Positions 1 through 10,202 are shown, counted from the first letter of the stretch. The stretch is 64,000 bases of DNA from an uncultured virus (IMG/VR IMGVR_UViG_2724679346_000005) (IMGVR_UViG_2724679346_000005), one strand, 5' to 3'. Numbers and translations are program-made. The notes: generated from the letters alone by a model not told the origin.

Positions 1-411
1 TGTACTCACATCAATATCATCAAGCGCTATACGATATGACTTCCACAGTTTCAGCTCTGCGGCTTTATCTTGCCCCGCCTCAATCCTATCTTTTAGAATC
101 TCTATTCTATCGCTTGCATCACTTATCAGCTTTGATTTTTTGAGTTTCGCTTGAGTAACAAATTCCGCTTTTTGAGCTGAAATATCTATAGTTGAAGGCG
201 GTGGTAAATCAACCCAGCCTGGCCTTCCTTTTATTACCCCGAGCATTTGACCCGGCGGGGGCATTTGCCGCCAATAAGTTGTATTTTCAGCGTCTGTGAT
301 ATCGATTAAATTATTTGGTAAATCTGCATGAAAAGTACCATCATCGATCATGTACTGCGGATAAAACATTGAATTTTCTGGGCTGAACTTTGCTTTTGTA
401 ATATCTGTCAT
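1..411 (-). CDS. Tail fibre assembly chaperone (Tfa-like), 3' end outside window
   Basis: Own translation from ATG 411: MTDITKAKFSPENSMFYP...GRPGWVDLPPP...LKLWKSYRIALDDIDVST; W-x-x-Y-R motif; directly downstream of tail fibre. Confidence 0.8.
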   Translation of the reverse strand, partial: MTDITKAKFSPENSMFYPQYMIDDGTFHADLPNNLIDITDAENTTYWRQMPPPGQMLGVIKGRPGWVDLPPPSTIDISAQKAEFVTQAKLKKSKLISDASDRIEILKDRIEAGQDKAAELKLWKSYRIALDDIDVST

Positions 412-412
412 A

Positions 413-1525
413 TTAATTACCTATTGCAATAAAAAATACAGTACCGAGTGTTGCGGCGGTTGTAATGCGGTCAAATGCAAAACCAGTGAAGCCCGTAATC
501 GTTGGATTAGCACCGAATGTGAAATAGTTTGCCCCACCGTAGCACGTGGCTGAAAAGCCGCGCGGGGGTGTGGTGAATGGGATTGCAAAATTAGCTGATA
601 CTGTGCTTTGTCCTGTGCCGGGTGGCACCCCAACTGTGCCAAATTGTATCAATATTCCACCGGGAACATCCGGAATGCGGATGTAATCTATTGTGCCGAG
701 TGAGCGCTTTGAGAATAAGCTCATCACAGCAGCAACGGTGGGAAGTAGTGTAGTGCTAGACCCCGCCGCCATTTCTGCATTATTAGCTGTATTCAGAACA
801 GATGAATTACCCAGACCAAGATTTCCCCGCGCGGCTGGCTTGTTGGGTACATCTGATAAATTAGAATTAGATTGTAATGCGTTAACTATTCGTGAGTCAT
901 TCCCCGCCGCTACTGTGCCCGCTGTTGTGCCGACATTCAGCGATGATGCGCCACCCAGCCCCAGGTTTGTTCTTGCTGCTGCTGCATCATTCAAATCAGA
1001 CAGATTTCTCGTTACTTGCAATGCCCCATTTGCATTATTTACTGTCGTCAATAAATTGAGATTTGTGATTGCAGCAAGCACAGCGTTCGGTCCCGCCGCG
1101 GCTATTTCAGATAAGTTATTCACGATTTTCAGGGCAGCGTCATTTGCCGTTTTAACAGCTTTTGATGTTGCAGCCAGCGCTTCACTGTCACTGTTTGTCG
1201 CGCTACTTAATTGCACGATACCTTTTTGTAATAATGACGCTGTAGGTAAGTTATCTGATGAATACTTTTTAATTGCCAACTCTAAACTATCAAGTAGCTG
1301 TTGCGTGTTGCCATTATCGAGCACGTCATTCCCGGACTGATTAGCAATGAAATCGGCAAGAACGGATGCTACGAACGATGATTGACGCCACACTTTATTG
1401 AGCTGCTCGGACTTTGCCACGCCCGACGAGAAGCCGCCCGACCGCGCGGACATCGCTTCGTATTCTGCCTGTGTCATTACGTTAGACTCGGCACCCAGGC
1501 CGAACGGGAGAATTTCATTAGCCAT
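413..1525 (-). CDS. Tail fibre protein
   Basis: KGIVQLSSATNS-ALAATSKAVK and repeated NLSD...ARxNLGLG fibre motifs, C-terminal GGILIQFG; follows baseplate genes. Confidence 0.85.
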   Translation of the reverse strand: MANEILPFGLGAESNVMTQAEYEAMSARSGGFSSGVAKSEQLNKVWRQSSFVASVLADFIANQSGNDVLDNGNTQQLLDSLELAIKKYSSDNLPTASLLQKGIVQLSSATNSDSEALAATSKAVKTANDAALKIVNNLSEIAAAGPNAVLAAITNLNLLTTVNNANGALQVTRNLSDLNDAAAARTNLGLGGASSLNVGTTAGTVAAGNDSRIVNALQSNSNLSDVPNKPAARGNLGLGNSSVLNTANNAEMAAGSSTTLLPTVAAVMSLFSKRSLGTIDYIRIPDVPGGILIQFGTVGVPPGTGQSTVSANFAIPFTTPPRGFSATCYGGANYFTFGANPTITGFTGFAFDRITTAATLGTVFFIAIGN

Positions 1526-2192
1526 TTGCTACCCTTAATTTTGTACCCCAGGACGCACTATCGAACCCTCGGGAATATTCGTTATCTAAATCGAAGCCGA
1601 ATAGCGCACCGACTTCAGTTGAAATAATGTAATTCGTGATACCCACCCCAGCCGGTTTAACGTCTAAATATCCCTGAGCAATGACTGCCCGCATTACAGA
1701 TGAGATTTGCTCGCCGGTAATGTAAATAGTCATTGTCATATCGAAGTTATCGACGGCAAATATCTTTGTGCGCCCGTCAGGAAAAATACCCTGGTAGATA
1801 TCGCTGAGGGTTTCGACTGTACCGTCCCAGTGATTGGCCTCTATTTTAGCTCGCAGTATCGTTCTGTATGTTTCATCATCCAATCGAGTAAAGCCTGTTA
1901 GTGAGTCATACGGTCCTTTCCAGCTTCCCAAATCAAACCCCAGCCCCTCAGTGTCGAGCGAGAAATAGACATCGGTTATTGGCGTTCTAACATTTCGGCC
2001 AATACCCACCCACCGCCCGACCGCATCCTCTTGATTGCCTATCGAGCTATCAAGGTCAAAGTCATTTGTGAGTTTGTTTGTCGTCTGCTGGATGCCGAGG
2101 AACGGCGCGGTAATCAGGGATATATGATCGTAAAACTTGGACTTATTTTTGTGATAGGACGTGATGAGACGTTGATATTTAGTCTCACTCAT
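1518..2192 (-). CDS. Baseplate wedge protein (DUF2612-like)
   Basis: D-x-VGRWVGIGR and LDDETYRxxLRAKI motifs; follows baseplate J; ATG 2192 overlaps the upstream stop. Confidence 0.75.
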   Translation of the reverse strand: MSETKYQRLITSYHKNKSKFYDHISLITAPFLGIQQTTNKLTNDFDLDSSIGNQEDAVGRWVGIGRNVRTPITDVYFSLDTEGLGFDLGSWKGPYDSLTGFTRLDDETYRTILRAKIEANHWDGTVETLSDIYQGIFPDGRTKIFAVDNFDMTMTIYITGEQISSVMRAVIAQGYLDVKPAGVGITNYIISTEVGALFGFDLDNEYSRGFDSASWGTKLRVANG

Positions 2193-3379
2193 TAAGTCAC
2201 CAGTAAGGTTATATTCTCCGGTACGCAAGCCGCTGCGTCATTAAATGCTATCTCGATATTGTTTTCAGATAGCGCATCTTGGGAAATGCCAATTTCTAAA
2301 AGAGTGATATCGTAAGCCAGCCGTTCAATACTGCCATTTAATTGCGCTGGCAGATCAAGTCGCTTAATCCGTACCGGTTCGCCAATTTCGATGTCATTAA
2401 TATATTCCGCTATTGAGTTTTTAATTGCGGTTCCGATTGAGGATGTATAGCCCTGTAGCGCCTTAATTTCTAATCTGACATAAACCTGTACGGTGCCTTT
2501 TCGGAAAAAATTAATCGGGTGAACAATGCCATATTTATCTTTAATCGGGATTGTGGTGGTGCCGTATGTCCCCGAGCCTGGGCCCTTTTTCAGTGCAATA
2601 GCCTGTGCAATTTCTGTCGCATCACCGCCGTCAGCCACGATAGAGATCGAGTGGCTGGGTATGCCGTTACCATCGGTAATGCTGGTGTCGTTCTCATAGC
2701 CGCGATAGCGCTCAACGCCACTGATACCCGCGATAGCCCCTAAAATACCATCCAGCACCGTGCGCGACGGTAGCGCCACTGATACCGACTGTCTGACACG
2801 CAACTCTGCGTCCATTTCTACCGGTTTACCCGGAGTTGCTCCTGTTGGGTTATTGACGCTTAACCAGCCCCGCGTCGGTGTTGCTATCTCATTCACTGTA
2901 TTGGCCAGCGCAACAATTGCACCCGGTACAGAGCAAATGGCCGTTACGGTTGCCGTGCCGGCCAGACCAATAACCACGCTGGCCGGTAAATCCCAGCGAA
3001 CGCTATCAGCATCACGTGCCGCGCCATTGGTTATCACTAGCCCGACACTACCGGTGATCAGCAAATCGACTGTAGAGTTAGTCTCCTCATTACGTTTAAT
3101 GCCGTTGATTTTCACATTACTGGAAAGGCCATTCCCTACCCCCGTTGCCGGGGAAAATGAGTTATATACCGCAATTGCACTATTATTCGCATCGTGGATT
3201 GCCAGCGCGTAAATGCTGACCATTTGCCCGTCTTTACTGTCAGCATCAAGATAACTATCGCTGCCGTAAATCTCTTGGAAATAACTGACCAGAGTGCTGC
3301 GGATAGTCTCGAAATCGGGAGCAGTTATCCCCGTGGCGCTGACAATTACATTCAGCCCTAACGTATCAAGGTTTAACAT
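2192..3379 (-). CDS. Baseplate J-like protein
   Basis: 395 aa, E-x-DAELR-x-R motif, position in baseplate module. Confidence 0.85.
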   Translation of the reverse strand: MLNLDTLGLNVIVSATGITAPDFETIRSTLVSYFQEIYGSDSYLDADSKDGQMVSIYALAIHDANNSAIAVYNSFSPATGVGNGLSSNVKINGIKRNEETNSTVDLLITGSVGLVITNGAARDADSVRWDLPASVVIGLAGTATVTAICSVPGAIVALANTVNEIATPTRGWLSVNNPTGATPGKPVEMDAELRVRQSVSVALPSRTVLDGILGAIAGISGVERYRGYENDTSITDGNGIPSHSISIVADGGDATEIAQAIALKKGPGSGTYGTTTIPIKDKYGIVHPINFFRKGTVQVYVRLEIKALQGYTSSIGTAIKNSIAEYINDIEIGEPVRIKRLDLPAQLNGSIERLAYDITLLEIGISQDALSENNIEIAFNDAAACVPENITLLVT

Positions 3380-3733
3380 TTATGCCTCGCTGGTAACGTT
3401 TGTGATGCCGTAGATGGTGTCTATTGTTGCGGTGAAAGTGACGCGGCGATTATCGCCGTTGTAATTTGCTTCAAATTCCAATATCGAATTAACGCCCTGC
3501 GTATCAAGAATACGCTCACGGATAGCAAGTATATAAACATCAGACCGTTGCTTGCCGAGCACCGACTGGATATAAGGCGTACCCTCGGTTAAATCTAAAA
3601 ACCACTGGCCGCGCCATAATTCAAAGCGGGTTTTCACCGCCTGAGCGACCGCTTCAGGGGAGTCAATCAGAAAAGTGTTATCACCCTGACCGAATGTGTA
3701 GTCGCCGCTCTCGTCCTCTCTGCGATACCTCAT
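3380..3733 (-). CDS. Baseplate protein (gp25/gpW-like)
   Basis: GQWFLDLTEGTPY and C-terminal IDTIYG motifs; 117 aa before J. Confidence 0.7.
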   Translation of the reverse strand: MRYRREDESGDYTFGQGDNTFLIDSPEAVAQAVKTRFELWRGQWFLDLTEGTPYIQSVLGKQRSDVYILAIRERILDTQGVNSILEFEANYNGDNRRVTFTATIDTIYGITNVTSEA

Positions 3734-4488
3734 ATCGGCCCCCCGGTATCGCCGCCACCCGTTTGCACACCGCCGTGCTTGTGAGATTTGACACTGATGC
3801 CGCCAGCAGTGACATCATTAGTGACAGTAATAGGGCCAAGCATATTGGCATTACCACCGCTTTCCCCCATCCCTTGACTGAGAGAGCCGTTTATCGTCAC
3901 TGCCCCGTTTAGCACAATAGTTGGCGAAGTGATTTCAGTGCCACCCTGCGCATTAGCTATCAGCTTGCCTGATGTCTGCACGGTGACGGTGTGGTCTGTG
4001 GGGTTAATTTCAACATACGCACCACCATCATCACTGCGAAACTGCGCAGCGCTGGTGCTGATACCACTGATTTTCTTTGCCTGCGACTGAGGGCCAATAA
4101 TGGCGAATGCATCAGATAAATCATGCTGACGGGAATCTACTGGTTCCTGAACACCGCCGTTCTGCCACCAGAAATCTATGCAGCGATCGGAGAATATCAG
4201 CAGGCACTCGTCTCCAGCTTTGACCGGGAATGTCAGTGTGCACCCACCGCCGCGTGGAAAAATTACAGGGACGTCTACCAAGAGAGGTAAGTCTACTGAT
4301 TCACTATCTCCAGACATTCCAGAATCATTACCTTTGATGGCGAGTAAAACGGTGCAGGTTACGGCGTCAGTATCGAATGATTGAATAATCCCCGGCATAG
4401 CAACTCTTAGCTGGGTAGAGATAGAATCAGCAATTGCTTGCGCAGCTTGCTGTTCACCACCGATTTGGGATTGAGTAGGGATTGGCAT
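3730..4488 (-). CDS. Baseplate central spike (gpV/Gp138-like)
   Basis: VPVIFPRGGG, RQHDLSDA and C-terminal H-x-H (SHKHGGV) spike tip. Confidence 0.85.
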   Translation of the reverse strand: MPIPTQSQIGGEQQAAQAIADSISTQLRVAMPGIIQSFDTDAVTCTVLLAIKGNDSGMSGDSESVDLPLLVDVPVIFPRGGGCTLTFPVKAGDECLLIFSDRCIDFWWQNGGVQEPVDSRQHDLSDAFAIIGPQSQAKKISGISTSAAQFRSDDGGAYVEINPTDHTVTVQTSGKLIANAQGGTEITSPTIVLNGAVTINGSLSQGMGESGGNANMLGPITVTNDVTAGGISVKSHKHGGVQTGGGDTGGPI

Positions 4489-4499
4489 AAAAACTCCAT

Positions 4500-4524
4500 A
4501 AAAAAACCCGCCAGGAAGCGGGTT
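4500..4524 (-). terminator. Intrinsic terminator after doc
   Basis: AACCCGC/GCGGGTT stem followed by a U-run on the minus strand. Confidence 0.6.
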
Positions 4525-4550
4525 TGGTTGATCGTTACAGTGGTTAGGTT

Positions 4551-4925
4551 CTAATTTGTGAGCCTCTTCAGCTCTTGCGCTACAGCATGCACATCATGAA
4601 TTCCCTGCGCCGCTTCTACCACAAAGTCAGCGAAACCCTCTGTCGGAATTATGGGTGCACCATTCATATCCAGAAATACCATTGCTGATGCAACAGAAGT
4701 TCTTTTATTTGCATCATTGAAGCCATGCCCTCGAGCTATTGAAAGCAACAGCGACGCGGCCAGCACAAACAAATCACTTTCACCCTGGTATGCATGAAGG
4801 TTTTCAACGCGGGCCACCATTCCTTCAACAAGACCAATATCTCTGTATCCTGCCAGGCCACCATAAGACTCTAACTGACAGTCGTGAATGGCTATGACCT
4901 GCTCAACAGATAAGAAAAAAATCAT
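4551..4925 (-). CDS. doc: Doc-family (Fic-like) toxin
   Basis: HGFNDANKRT matches the Doc HxFxDANKR motif; 124 aa; coupled to upstream antitoxin. Confidence 0.9.
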   Translation of the reverse strand: MIFFLSVEQVIAIHDCQLESYGGLAGYRDIGLVEGMVARVENLHAYQGESDLFVLAASLLLSIARGHGFNDANKRTSVASAMVFLDMNGAPIIPTEGFADFVVEAAQGIHDVHAVAQELKRLTN

Positions 4926-5146
4926 TTATCTGCAAGTTCCTTGAACAAGGCCTGATTCTTTGGCTTGCCCATCACCCGAGCAAGAGACGCATCAAATTTA
5001 GCCTGCTGTAACTCTGCAAACTGCTCAGCAGTGATGACCACCATATCAGGAGCTGAACGGCGGGTAATCGTCACGGGCTGATTGACGGCGGTATCTAGTA
5101 CGCTGGAAAATTTCTGACGAGCATCGGAAAAGGTCAGGGTGATCAT
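4922..5146 (-). CDS. phd: Phd/YefM antitoxin
   Basis: MITLTFSDARQKFSSVLD...PVTITRR N-terminus; AAGGAG SD before ATG 5146. Confidence 0.9.
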   Translation of the reverse strand: MITLTFSDARQKFSSVLDTAVNQPVTITRRSAPDMVVITAEQFAELQQAKFDASLARVMGKPKNQALFKELADK

Positions 5147-5171
5147 CGGGGGCTCCTTGGACTGTTTCAAA

Positions 5172-5209
5172 TTACTATCAGCTTAATTGTACAACTAAGT
5201 TGATAGTAA
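5172..5209. promoter_or_regulatory. Probable Phd/Doc operator palindrome
   Basis: 38-bp inverted repeat TTACTATCAGCTTAATTGT|ACAACTAAGTTGATAGTAA (2 mismatches), centred on TGTACA, just upstream of phd. Confidence 0.65.
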
Positions 5210-5257
5210 AACCAGATCAAGCCAATATGAGATCGTCAAAAAGCACAATTGAGTGTG

Positions 5258-5611
5258 CTATTTAACCTTAACGCAGTCGTAAGTGGCATACTGGCGCGGC
5301 GCATCCATGCTGGCTTGTAGCCATTGCGCGTTGAGGATAGCTTTACCATCGCGTCCGATAAACTCCATTCCGACCCATCGGCCGGGCTGGTCAGTAGCCA
5401 CGCGCCACTCAATTTTGACATTGTTGTAATCGTCTTTGGCTTTCAGGAAGGTTATTTTTTGCGATTCTGGTTTCGCGCCATTAATTCGTGCGAGTCCGTC
5501 ATCTGCCCAGTGAACTTTGAAATCCCCACATTGCGAATCAGCCAATGCCTGGAAAGAAAACAACGCAGCAACCGCAAGGATAATCCCGAAAATAGGCTTC
5601 ACGTTCAACAC
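5258..5611 (-). CDS. Exported hypothetical protein
   Basis: Sec-type signal peptide (..FSFQALA-D), two Cys near the ends of the mature chain. Confidence 0.7.
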   Translation of the reverse strand: MLNVKPIFGIILAVAALFSFQALADSQCGDFKVHWADDGLARINGAKPESQKITFLKAKDDYNNVKIEWRVATDQPGRWVGMEFIGRDGKAILNAQWLQASMDAPRQYATYDCVKVK

Positions 5612-5612
5612 C

Positions 5613-6677
5613 TCAATAATTGGTTTTCTGTATAGCAGTCTGATTGACTAAGTCCCGCGTACCGCGCGCGAAGCACATCAAATCCATGTACCATTCCTGC
5701 CCTCTTGTGTCGCCAGTATAAGCGATGGCTTTCACGATATAAACGCCATCCGTCGCAATGCTCGCAGCTTGTGAAGTGGTACCAGCTAACACACGATTGC
5801 CGTTTTCATCAATCTCCGAAATTCGGTCTGGTGACTGAGCAACCTCGTTGTTGCCAATAGTCGTACGGTATACAGATGCCTGATCCAACTGAATAAGCCC
5901 GTTAATGCGGATATTGGGGTTAATCAAGCAACGTACATTCACCCCCGCACCCATAGTTTGCTGTGGCATACCAACAAGTCCGGTATCAGCGCTCAATACG
6001 ATAGCTTCGTGAATATACTTATCTTCGGGAACCATCTGCACCTGCCCATCCACCAACTGCCATGTTGCGTTACACTGCGCGGCAATGTTATCCATGACGT
6101 TACGCGATGCGTTATAGAGTACGCGACCACGCGGAAAAACAGTTGTTGGCATACTGCCAGTAATGCCCTTAGTAACGCCGAACGCGTTGAAGCCCTGCAT
6201 CGTTACGTTATGCAGATCAGCCACTGTATATCCAGCCGCTATGGTAGTTTTAGTCCGCGCAAAAAGAAATGCCTCATGATCGCCAATAGCCTGGATGAGC
6301 ACCCATGAATCAGTGATATTATCTTTTCCTGTCACCGTGAAACGAATATCACCGTCAAAAATAAGACCATAGTTCTGGTCACCAGTTTGCCCCTCCAGCC
6401 CTTCAGGAACACTCCGTACCACGCCCACCTGACTAGCACCCACATCTGGCGCGATACCATCATACCCTGCGATAATGCGTATTTTGGAGAACTCTTGCCC
6501 GATGATTTTACTGGTAGTGTCCGTCGATAGGTTGTAAATTTTCACGTTCGCCACACGCGGCCATTTTGTATCCGCCCATTCTATTTGGAAAGTAACTTTG
6601 AAATCAGAAAGTGAAATACCCTTTCCATTCAGATCTAAAATCTGCAATTCGAAATGGCGCATCCAGTTAGTTGACAT
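5613..6677 (-). CDS. Baseplate hub protein
   Basis: 354 aa, IYNLS, AGY and CLINPNIR motifs; position upstream of the spike gene. Confidence 0.7.
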   Translation of the reverse strand: MSTNWMRHFELQILDLNGKGISLSDFKVTFQIEWADTKWPRVANVKIYNLSTDTTSKIIGQEFSKIRIIAGYDGIAPDVGASQVGVVRSVPEGLEGQTGDQNYGLIFDGDIRFTVTGKDNITDSWVLIQAIGDHEAFLFARTKTTIAAGYTVADLHNVTMQGFNAFGVTKGITGSMPTTVFPRGRVLYNASRNVMDNIAAQCNATWQLVDGQVQMVPEDKYIHEAIVLSADTGLVGMPQQTMGAGVNVRCLINPNIRINGLIQLDQASVYRTTIGNNEVAQSPDRISEIDENGNRVLAGTTSQAASIATDGVYIVKAIAYTGDTRGQEWYMDLMCFARGTRDLVNQTAIQKTNY

Positions 6678-6679
6678 GT

Positions 6680-6985
6680 TTACTCCTGTACAAAAATGAG
6701 GTGGCTGCGTCCGCCAAGATTAGTTTTAGTCGGGTACTCAGGGGAACCATTGTCACAGCCAACAACCATCGCGCCACTGACACCCAAATCTGGATATTGC
6801 CCCAGCAAATCAACGCCCGGAACAAGAGGTACGCCAGACAAAAGTATTTCGTCACCACTGTCCATCAGGTCCATTATCCAGCCAGCGGTATCCCGCCAGA
6901 CAATCTTGATGGTGTAAGTCACGCCAGCCAGTTGAATGCGGAACTGCTGATTGTTCGGAGTAAGTGGGATCTCGGTTATGTTCAT
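6680..6985 (-). CDS. Small baseplate protein
   Basis: GVPLVPGVDLLGQY motif; conserved position. Confidence 0.65.
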   Translation of the reverse strand: MNITEIPLTPNNQQFRIQLAGVTYTIKIVWRDTAGWIMDLMDSGDEILLSGVPLVPGVDLLGQYPDLGVSGAMVVGCDNGSPEYPTKTNLGGRSHLIFVQE

Positions 6986-7608
6986 CTGATACCTATAGCG
7001 TTTCCAAGTGATGTCCCTTTAAGCCCATCAAACCAACCCGTTGATTTAAGCACTGACTCATTAACCGGTGTGGTGGATTTAGTGCCTGCGTTCTGGATAC
7101 CTGACGTGCTGACGCCATCCTTCATATCTGATTTATCAGCTACCTGTACAGACTCAGTTTGAGACATAATCACTTCACGCAGTGTAAGAACGCACATCAA
7201 CACGTTTTCACTGGTTTTATCGGTCGTCACCTCAATAGCGCGAATAAGCATATTGCTGTATTTCCGCTTACCGGTAATAACATCGAATGGTTTCCTGCTG
7301 GACTGTAAATCGAGGATGTCCTGATAGACCTCTCCCGGGCTTTTACCCAGGCTCAATCCGATGGTTGATGTATCCACGAAATCCAATAACGAACCACCAC
7401 CCGCAAAGCCCAGCTCCATTGTGACTTCACTAGGACGCTTATACGCATGATCGGCAATAAAACCAGACGCGCTATTGGTCGTTGGACGTTCGACAGGATG
7501 CTCCGTAATTTCCAGAGCATCAGAATGTTTCTCCGATACAACCACTGACGGGATAATAATTCCTATCCGTCGAGACTGCTGCCGGAAAATAGCAGAAAGA
7601 ATATCCAT
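6982..7608 (-). CDS. Distal tail/tube initiator (Dit-like)
   Basis: EITEHPVE..ADHAY and YSNMLI motifs; follows tape measure. Confidence 0.7.
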   Translation of the reverse strand: MDILSAIFRQQSRRIGIIIPSVVVSEKHSDALEITEHPVERPTTNSASGFIADHAYKRPSEVTMELGFAGGGSLLDFVDTSTIGLSLGKSPGEVYQDILDLQSSRKPFDVITGKRKYSNMLIRAIEVTTDKTSENVLMCVLTLREVIMSQTESVQVADKSDMKDGVSTSGIQNAGTKSTTPVNESVLKSTGWFDGLKGTSLGNAIGIR

Positions 7609-9626
7609 TATCCTGGCACCCTCGGGAGTTGTTGGGTTAACTGTGAATTCACACCCTTCTGACGTTCCACGGTGAGCCTTGCAGCTTCGCGAGGGTCAGA
7701 TACGCCGTGAATATGAATGTTAGTTTCCTGCTGGAGTCCCCCACCTGGCATATTACTGCGCACTTTGGGAATGTAATTGCGGGTTTCTTGTGGCATCAGG
7801 TCTAATCCGTGTTTCTGAACATTGCCGATCCCCCAGTTATAGGAGGCCAGCGCCTTATCCAAATCACCGCCATTCATCTTCAAGAGCATGCTGAGATATT
7901 TCGCTGCTGCGGCGGCGGATTTTTCAGGGTCAAAAACGTCATTGCCTTTAAGCCCCATGTCTTTCGCTGTAGGGTCCATAAACTGGAATAACCCTTTTGC
8001 TTGCCCATATTTGGTTTTTGGACCTAGCGCAAACTGGTTACCACTGGACTCTGTCATTGCCAAACTGCGCAATAAACCCGCAGGCAGGTTGTTTAATGCC
8101 TCCAGTTTTGTGAGGGTGGGTTGTAACCGACTTAAAAGATTTGCGCCTGACGCCGACGCTGTTGGCCTTTTTACTGACTGCGCATGTTGCTCAGGCTCTG
8201 CCCCGTTATTTTCTCCCCGAAACCACCTGCCAACGCTCCTTGGGTCAAAGCCTGTTTTATCCTTAACCCAATCGGCGTGGCTATTAGCTCTATCGGTTAC
8301 CGAAGGCATGGCATCTGGCTGATCGCTGCCCTGACTTAACAACGCTTTTCCTATCCTGGCTACCTCACCCCAATTGCCATCTTTCAATGCATTAATCAGG
8401 TCACCGATCATCGATATCATCTTGCCGAACTCGCCGAATTGCTTCGTCAGGTTCTCGATATCGCCTTTTAGCGTCCAGCTTTTCAAATTAATGTTGAGCA
8501 GCCTGGCGATCTCAACGCCGACACCTTTGATGGAATTCGTTAGATCATCTATTCCCTTGAGTGCGGCGGTTATCTCTGGCTCCCATTCGCCCCAATCAAT
8601 CAGGCTATTCCCGCCCTCTTTCCATGTTTTGTAGTCTTCCCATAGTGCGAATATGGCAAGCGCAAGCGCCGTCACCAGTCCTATGGGTGAAGTCAGGAAC
8701 GCAGTATTGAGTAAACGCCATGCCACCAGCAGACCGCCAAACAACATAATGAGTTGCTGCGTGACCGGGTCTAACTTTTTAAACCAGTTGATGACATCAC
8801 CGACCGCCTGACCGGTGCGCCATAATACGCGCGTGACCGCGTCCCCCGCCCAGAGAATGCCCTTGATAACCTTCATCAAAACCATTTCAATCTTCGGCCA
8901 GTTATCGAGAAGTTGCTTGCGCAGAGAATCAACCTCCCCTGCCAGCCCATCAGCCAGATTTGAGCCTATTTTGTCTCGGGCCATGCCCGCCATTTCACCG
9001 AAAGCATGCAGAGAGGTCATGAATTTATTTGCGCTGACTGCAGCGGTGTCGGCGTTATAACCGATGGCCTTGGTCATCTGCGAATATTGCGCACTGAAGT
9101 TACCCAGACCACGCCGCATGGCCATCAGTGTATTTTCATCAATGCCTAGCATCTGCGCATACTGATTGGCGCGATAATACGATATGCTGCTGAGCTTCTG
9201 GCCAACCCCCGTAAAAACGGTAGCCATATCCCGCATGTTGCCTTTCGCATCGCGGGTCTGTACGCCCATGCGGTTTAGAAAACTTTCTGCCCCTGGGCTG
9301 TTGCGGATAAAACGTGACAGGCTTTCAAGTGAAGACCGTGCGCCATCAACACTCCCACCCATTTGTGAAACGGCATACCCTACCTGCTTAATGCCCTGTA
9401 CCGTGGCACCGGTACGCTGTGAGGCCCAATATAAATTATCCAGCCCACTGGCAACCTTCGCGGTGAACGCCACTACAGACAGCGCAGCGCCCTCAACAAC
9501 TGCGCCCATTTTAAGCACATTGGCCGTGACGCCCGCGACCACAGCGGAGAATTTCTTCTCCCCCGCCTCGTCCAGTTCAAAGCCAAGACTGACCAAAAAA
9601 TCCTTAATGGTTTCAGCGTTACTCAT
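7608..9626 (-). CDS. Tape measure protein with C-terminal lytic transglycosylase domain
   Basis: Helical N-terminal part; TESSG, AKGLFQFM, ALASYNWG and ETRNY SLT motifs. Confidence 0.85.
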   Translation of the reverse strand: MSNAETIKDFLVSLGFELDEAGEKKFSAVVAGVTANVLKMGAVVEGAALSVVAFTAKVASGLDNLYWASQRTGATVQGIKQVGYAVSQMGGSVDGARSSLESLSRFIRNSPGAESFLNRMGVQTRDAKGNMRDMATVFTGVGQKLSSISYYRANQYAQMLGIDENTLMAMRRGLGNFSAQYSQMTKAIGYNADTAAVSANKFMTSLHAFGEMAGMARDKIGSNLADGLAGEVDSLRKQLLDNWPKIEMVLMKVIKGILWAGDAVTRVLWRTGQAVGDVINWFKKLDPVTQQLIMLFGGLLVAWRLLNTAFLTSPIGLVTALALAIFALWEDYKTWKEGGNSLIDWGEWEPEITAALKGIDDLTNSIKGVGVEIARLLNINLKSWTLKGDIENLTKQFGEFGKMISMIGDLINALKDGNWGEVARIGKALLSQGSDQPDAMPSVTDRANSHADWVKDKTGFDPRSVGRWFRGENNGAEPEQHAQSVKRPTASASGANLLSRLQPTLTKLEALNNLPAGLLRSLAMTESSGNQFALGPKTKYGQAKGLFQFMDPTAKDMGLKGNDVFDPEKSAAAAAKYLSMLLKMNGGDLDKALASYNWGIGNVQKHGLDLMPQETRNYIPKVRSNMPGGGLQQETNIHIHGVSDPREAARLTVERQKGVNSQLTQQLPRVPG

Positions 9627-9807
9627 TGTCGGCTCTCCACTTGTCTATTTTTGCTTTGTTCTCTGCCTCGATATCAAGGTAGTCGTTCAGTAGCGCAATT
9701 CGACACAGGTCTACCGCACCGCTATCAAGGTCTTTCTGGTCGATGTGAAATACCTTTACCGGTCGCAAGATAAAATCCTCGCCACCCGGCAAGGTTTCAA
9801 GCATCAA
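9619..9807 (-). CDS. Tail assembly chaperone C-terminal (G-T-like) frame, reached by -1 frameshift
   Basis: The -1 frame from the slippery site at 9849-9861 is open into this ORF. Confidence 0.7.
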   Translation of the reverse strand: MMLETLPGGEDFILRPVKVFHIDQKDLDSGAVDLCRIALLNDYLDIEAENKAKIDKWRADNE

Positions 9808-10202
9808 TCCGCTGACAGTGCCAATGGTTCGCTCTCTTGGAGTTCGCGCAAAAAATTTCCCATCGAGTCGCCCACCACCCGACCCACGATTTGCAGCATT
9901 GCCATCAGATCAATGTCATCAAACATCACTTCGCCACCGGTAAAAATCGGGTTATAGGCGCTGCCGTTCTTACGCGACACCCTCTCTAAACAAGGGTGAA
10001 TAATGGCGTTGCAGTCCTCTTCGCTGATATCGGAAAGCGACTGGGCAATACTGGGTAACGCCGTCTCAATCGTCACCGTGCCGCTTCGCAGGTCCTTAAC
10101 GATGCCCGCGAGTAGCGGTAGTAGCTTACGTGATACCTTCAGTTGCGCGAATACGTCCAGCTTTTGAGAACGGTACTCAATACCTTTAATCGTGAATTCC
10201 AT
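9804..10202 (-). CDS. Tail assembly chaperone
   Basis: Between tail tube and tape measure; slippery GGGAAATTTTTTG near 3' end. Confidence 0.75.
   Translation of the reverse strand: MEFTIKGIEYRSQKLDVFAQLKVSRKLLPLLAGIVKDLRSGTVTIETALPSIAQSLSDISEEDCNAIIHPCLERVSRKNGSAYNPIFTGGEVMFDDIDLMAMLQIVGRVVGDSMGNFLRELQESEPLALSAD

Noticed and set aside
413..1525. Diversity-generating retroelement or invertible tail-fibre cassette
   Set aside because: No reverse transcriptase, template repeat or invertase seen in the window
5190..5203. CI operator upstream of phd (TACAACTAAGTTGA)
   Set aside because: Spacer is one base shorter than OL/OR sites; better explained as half of the TA palindrome
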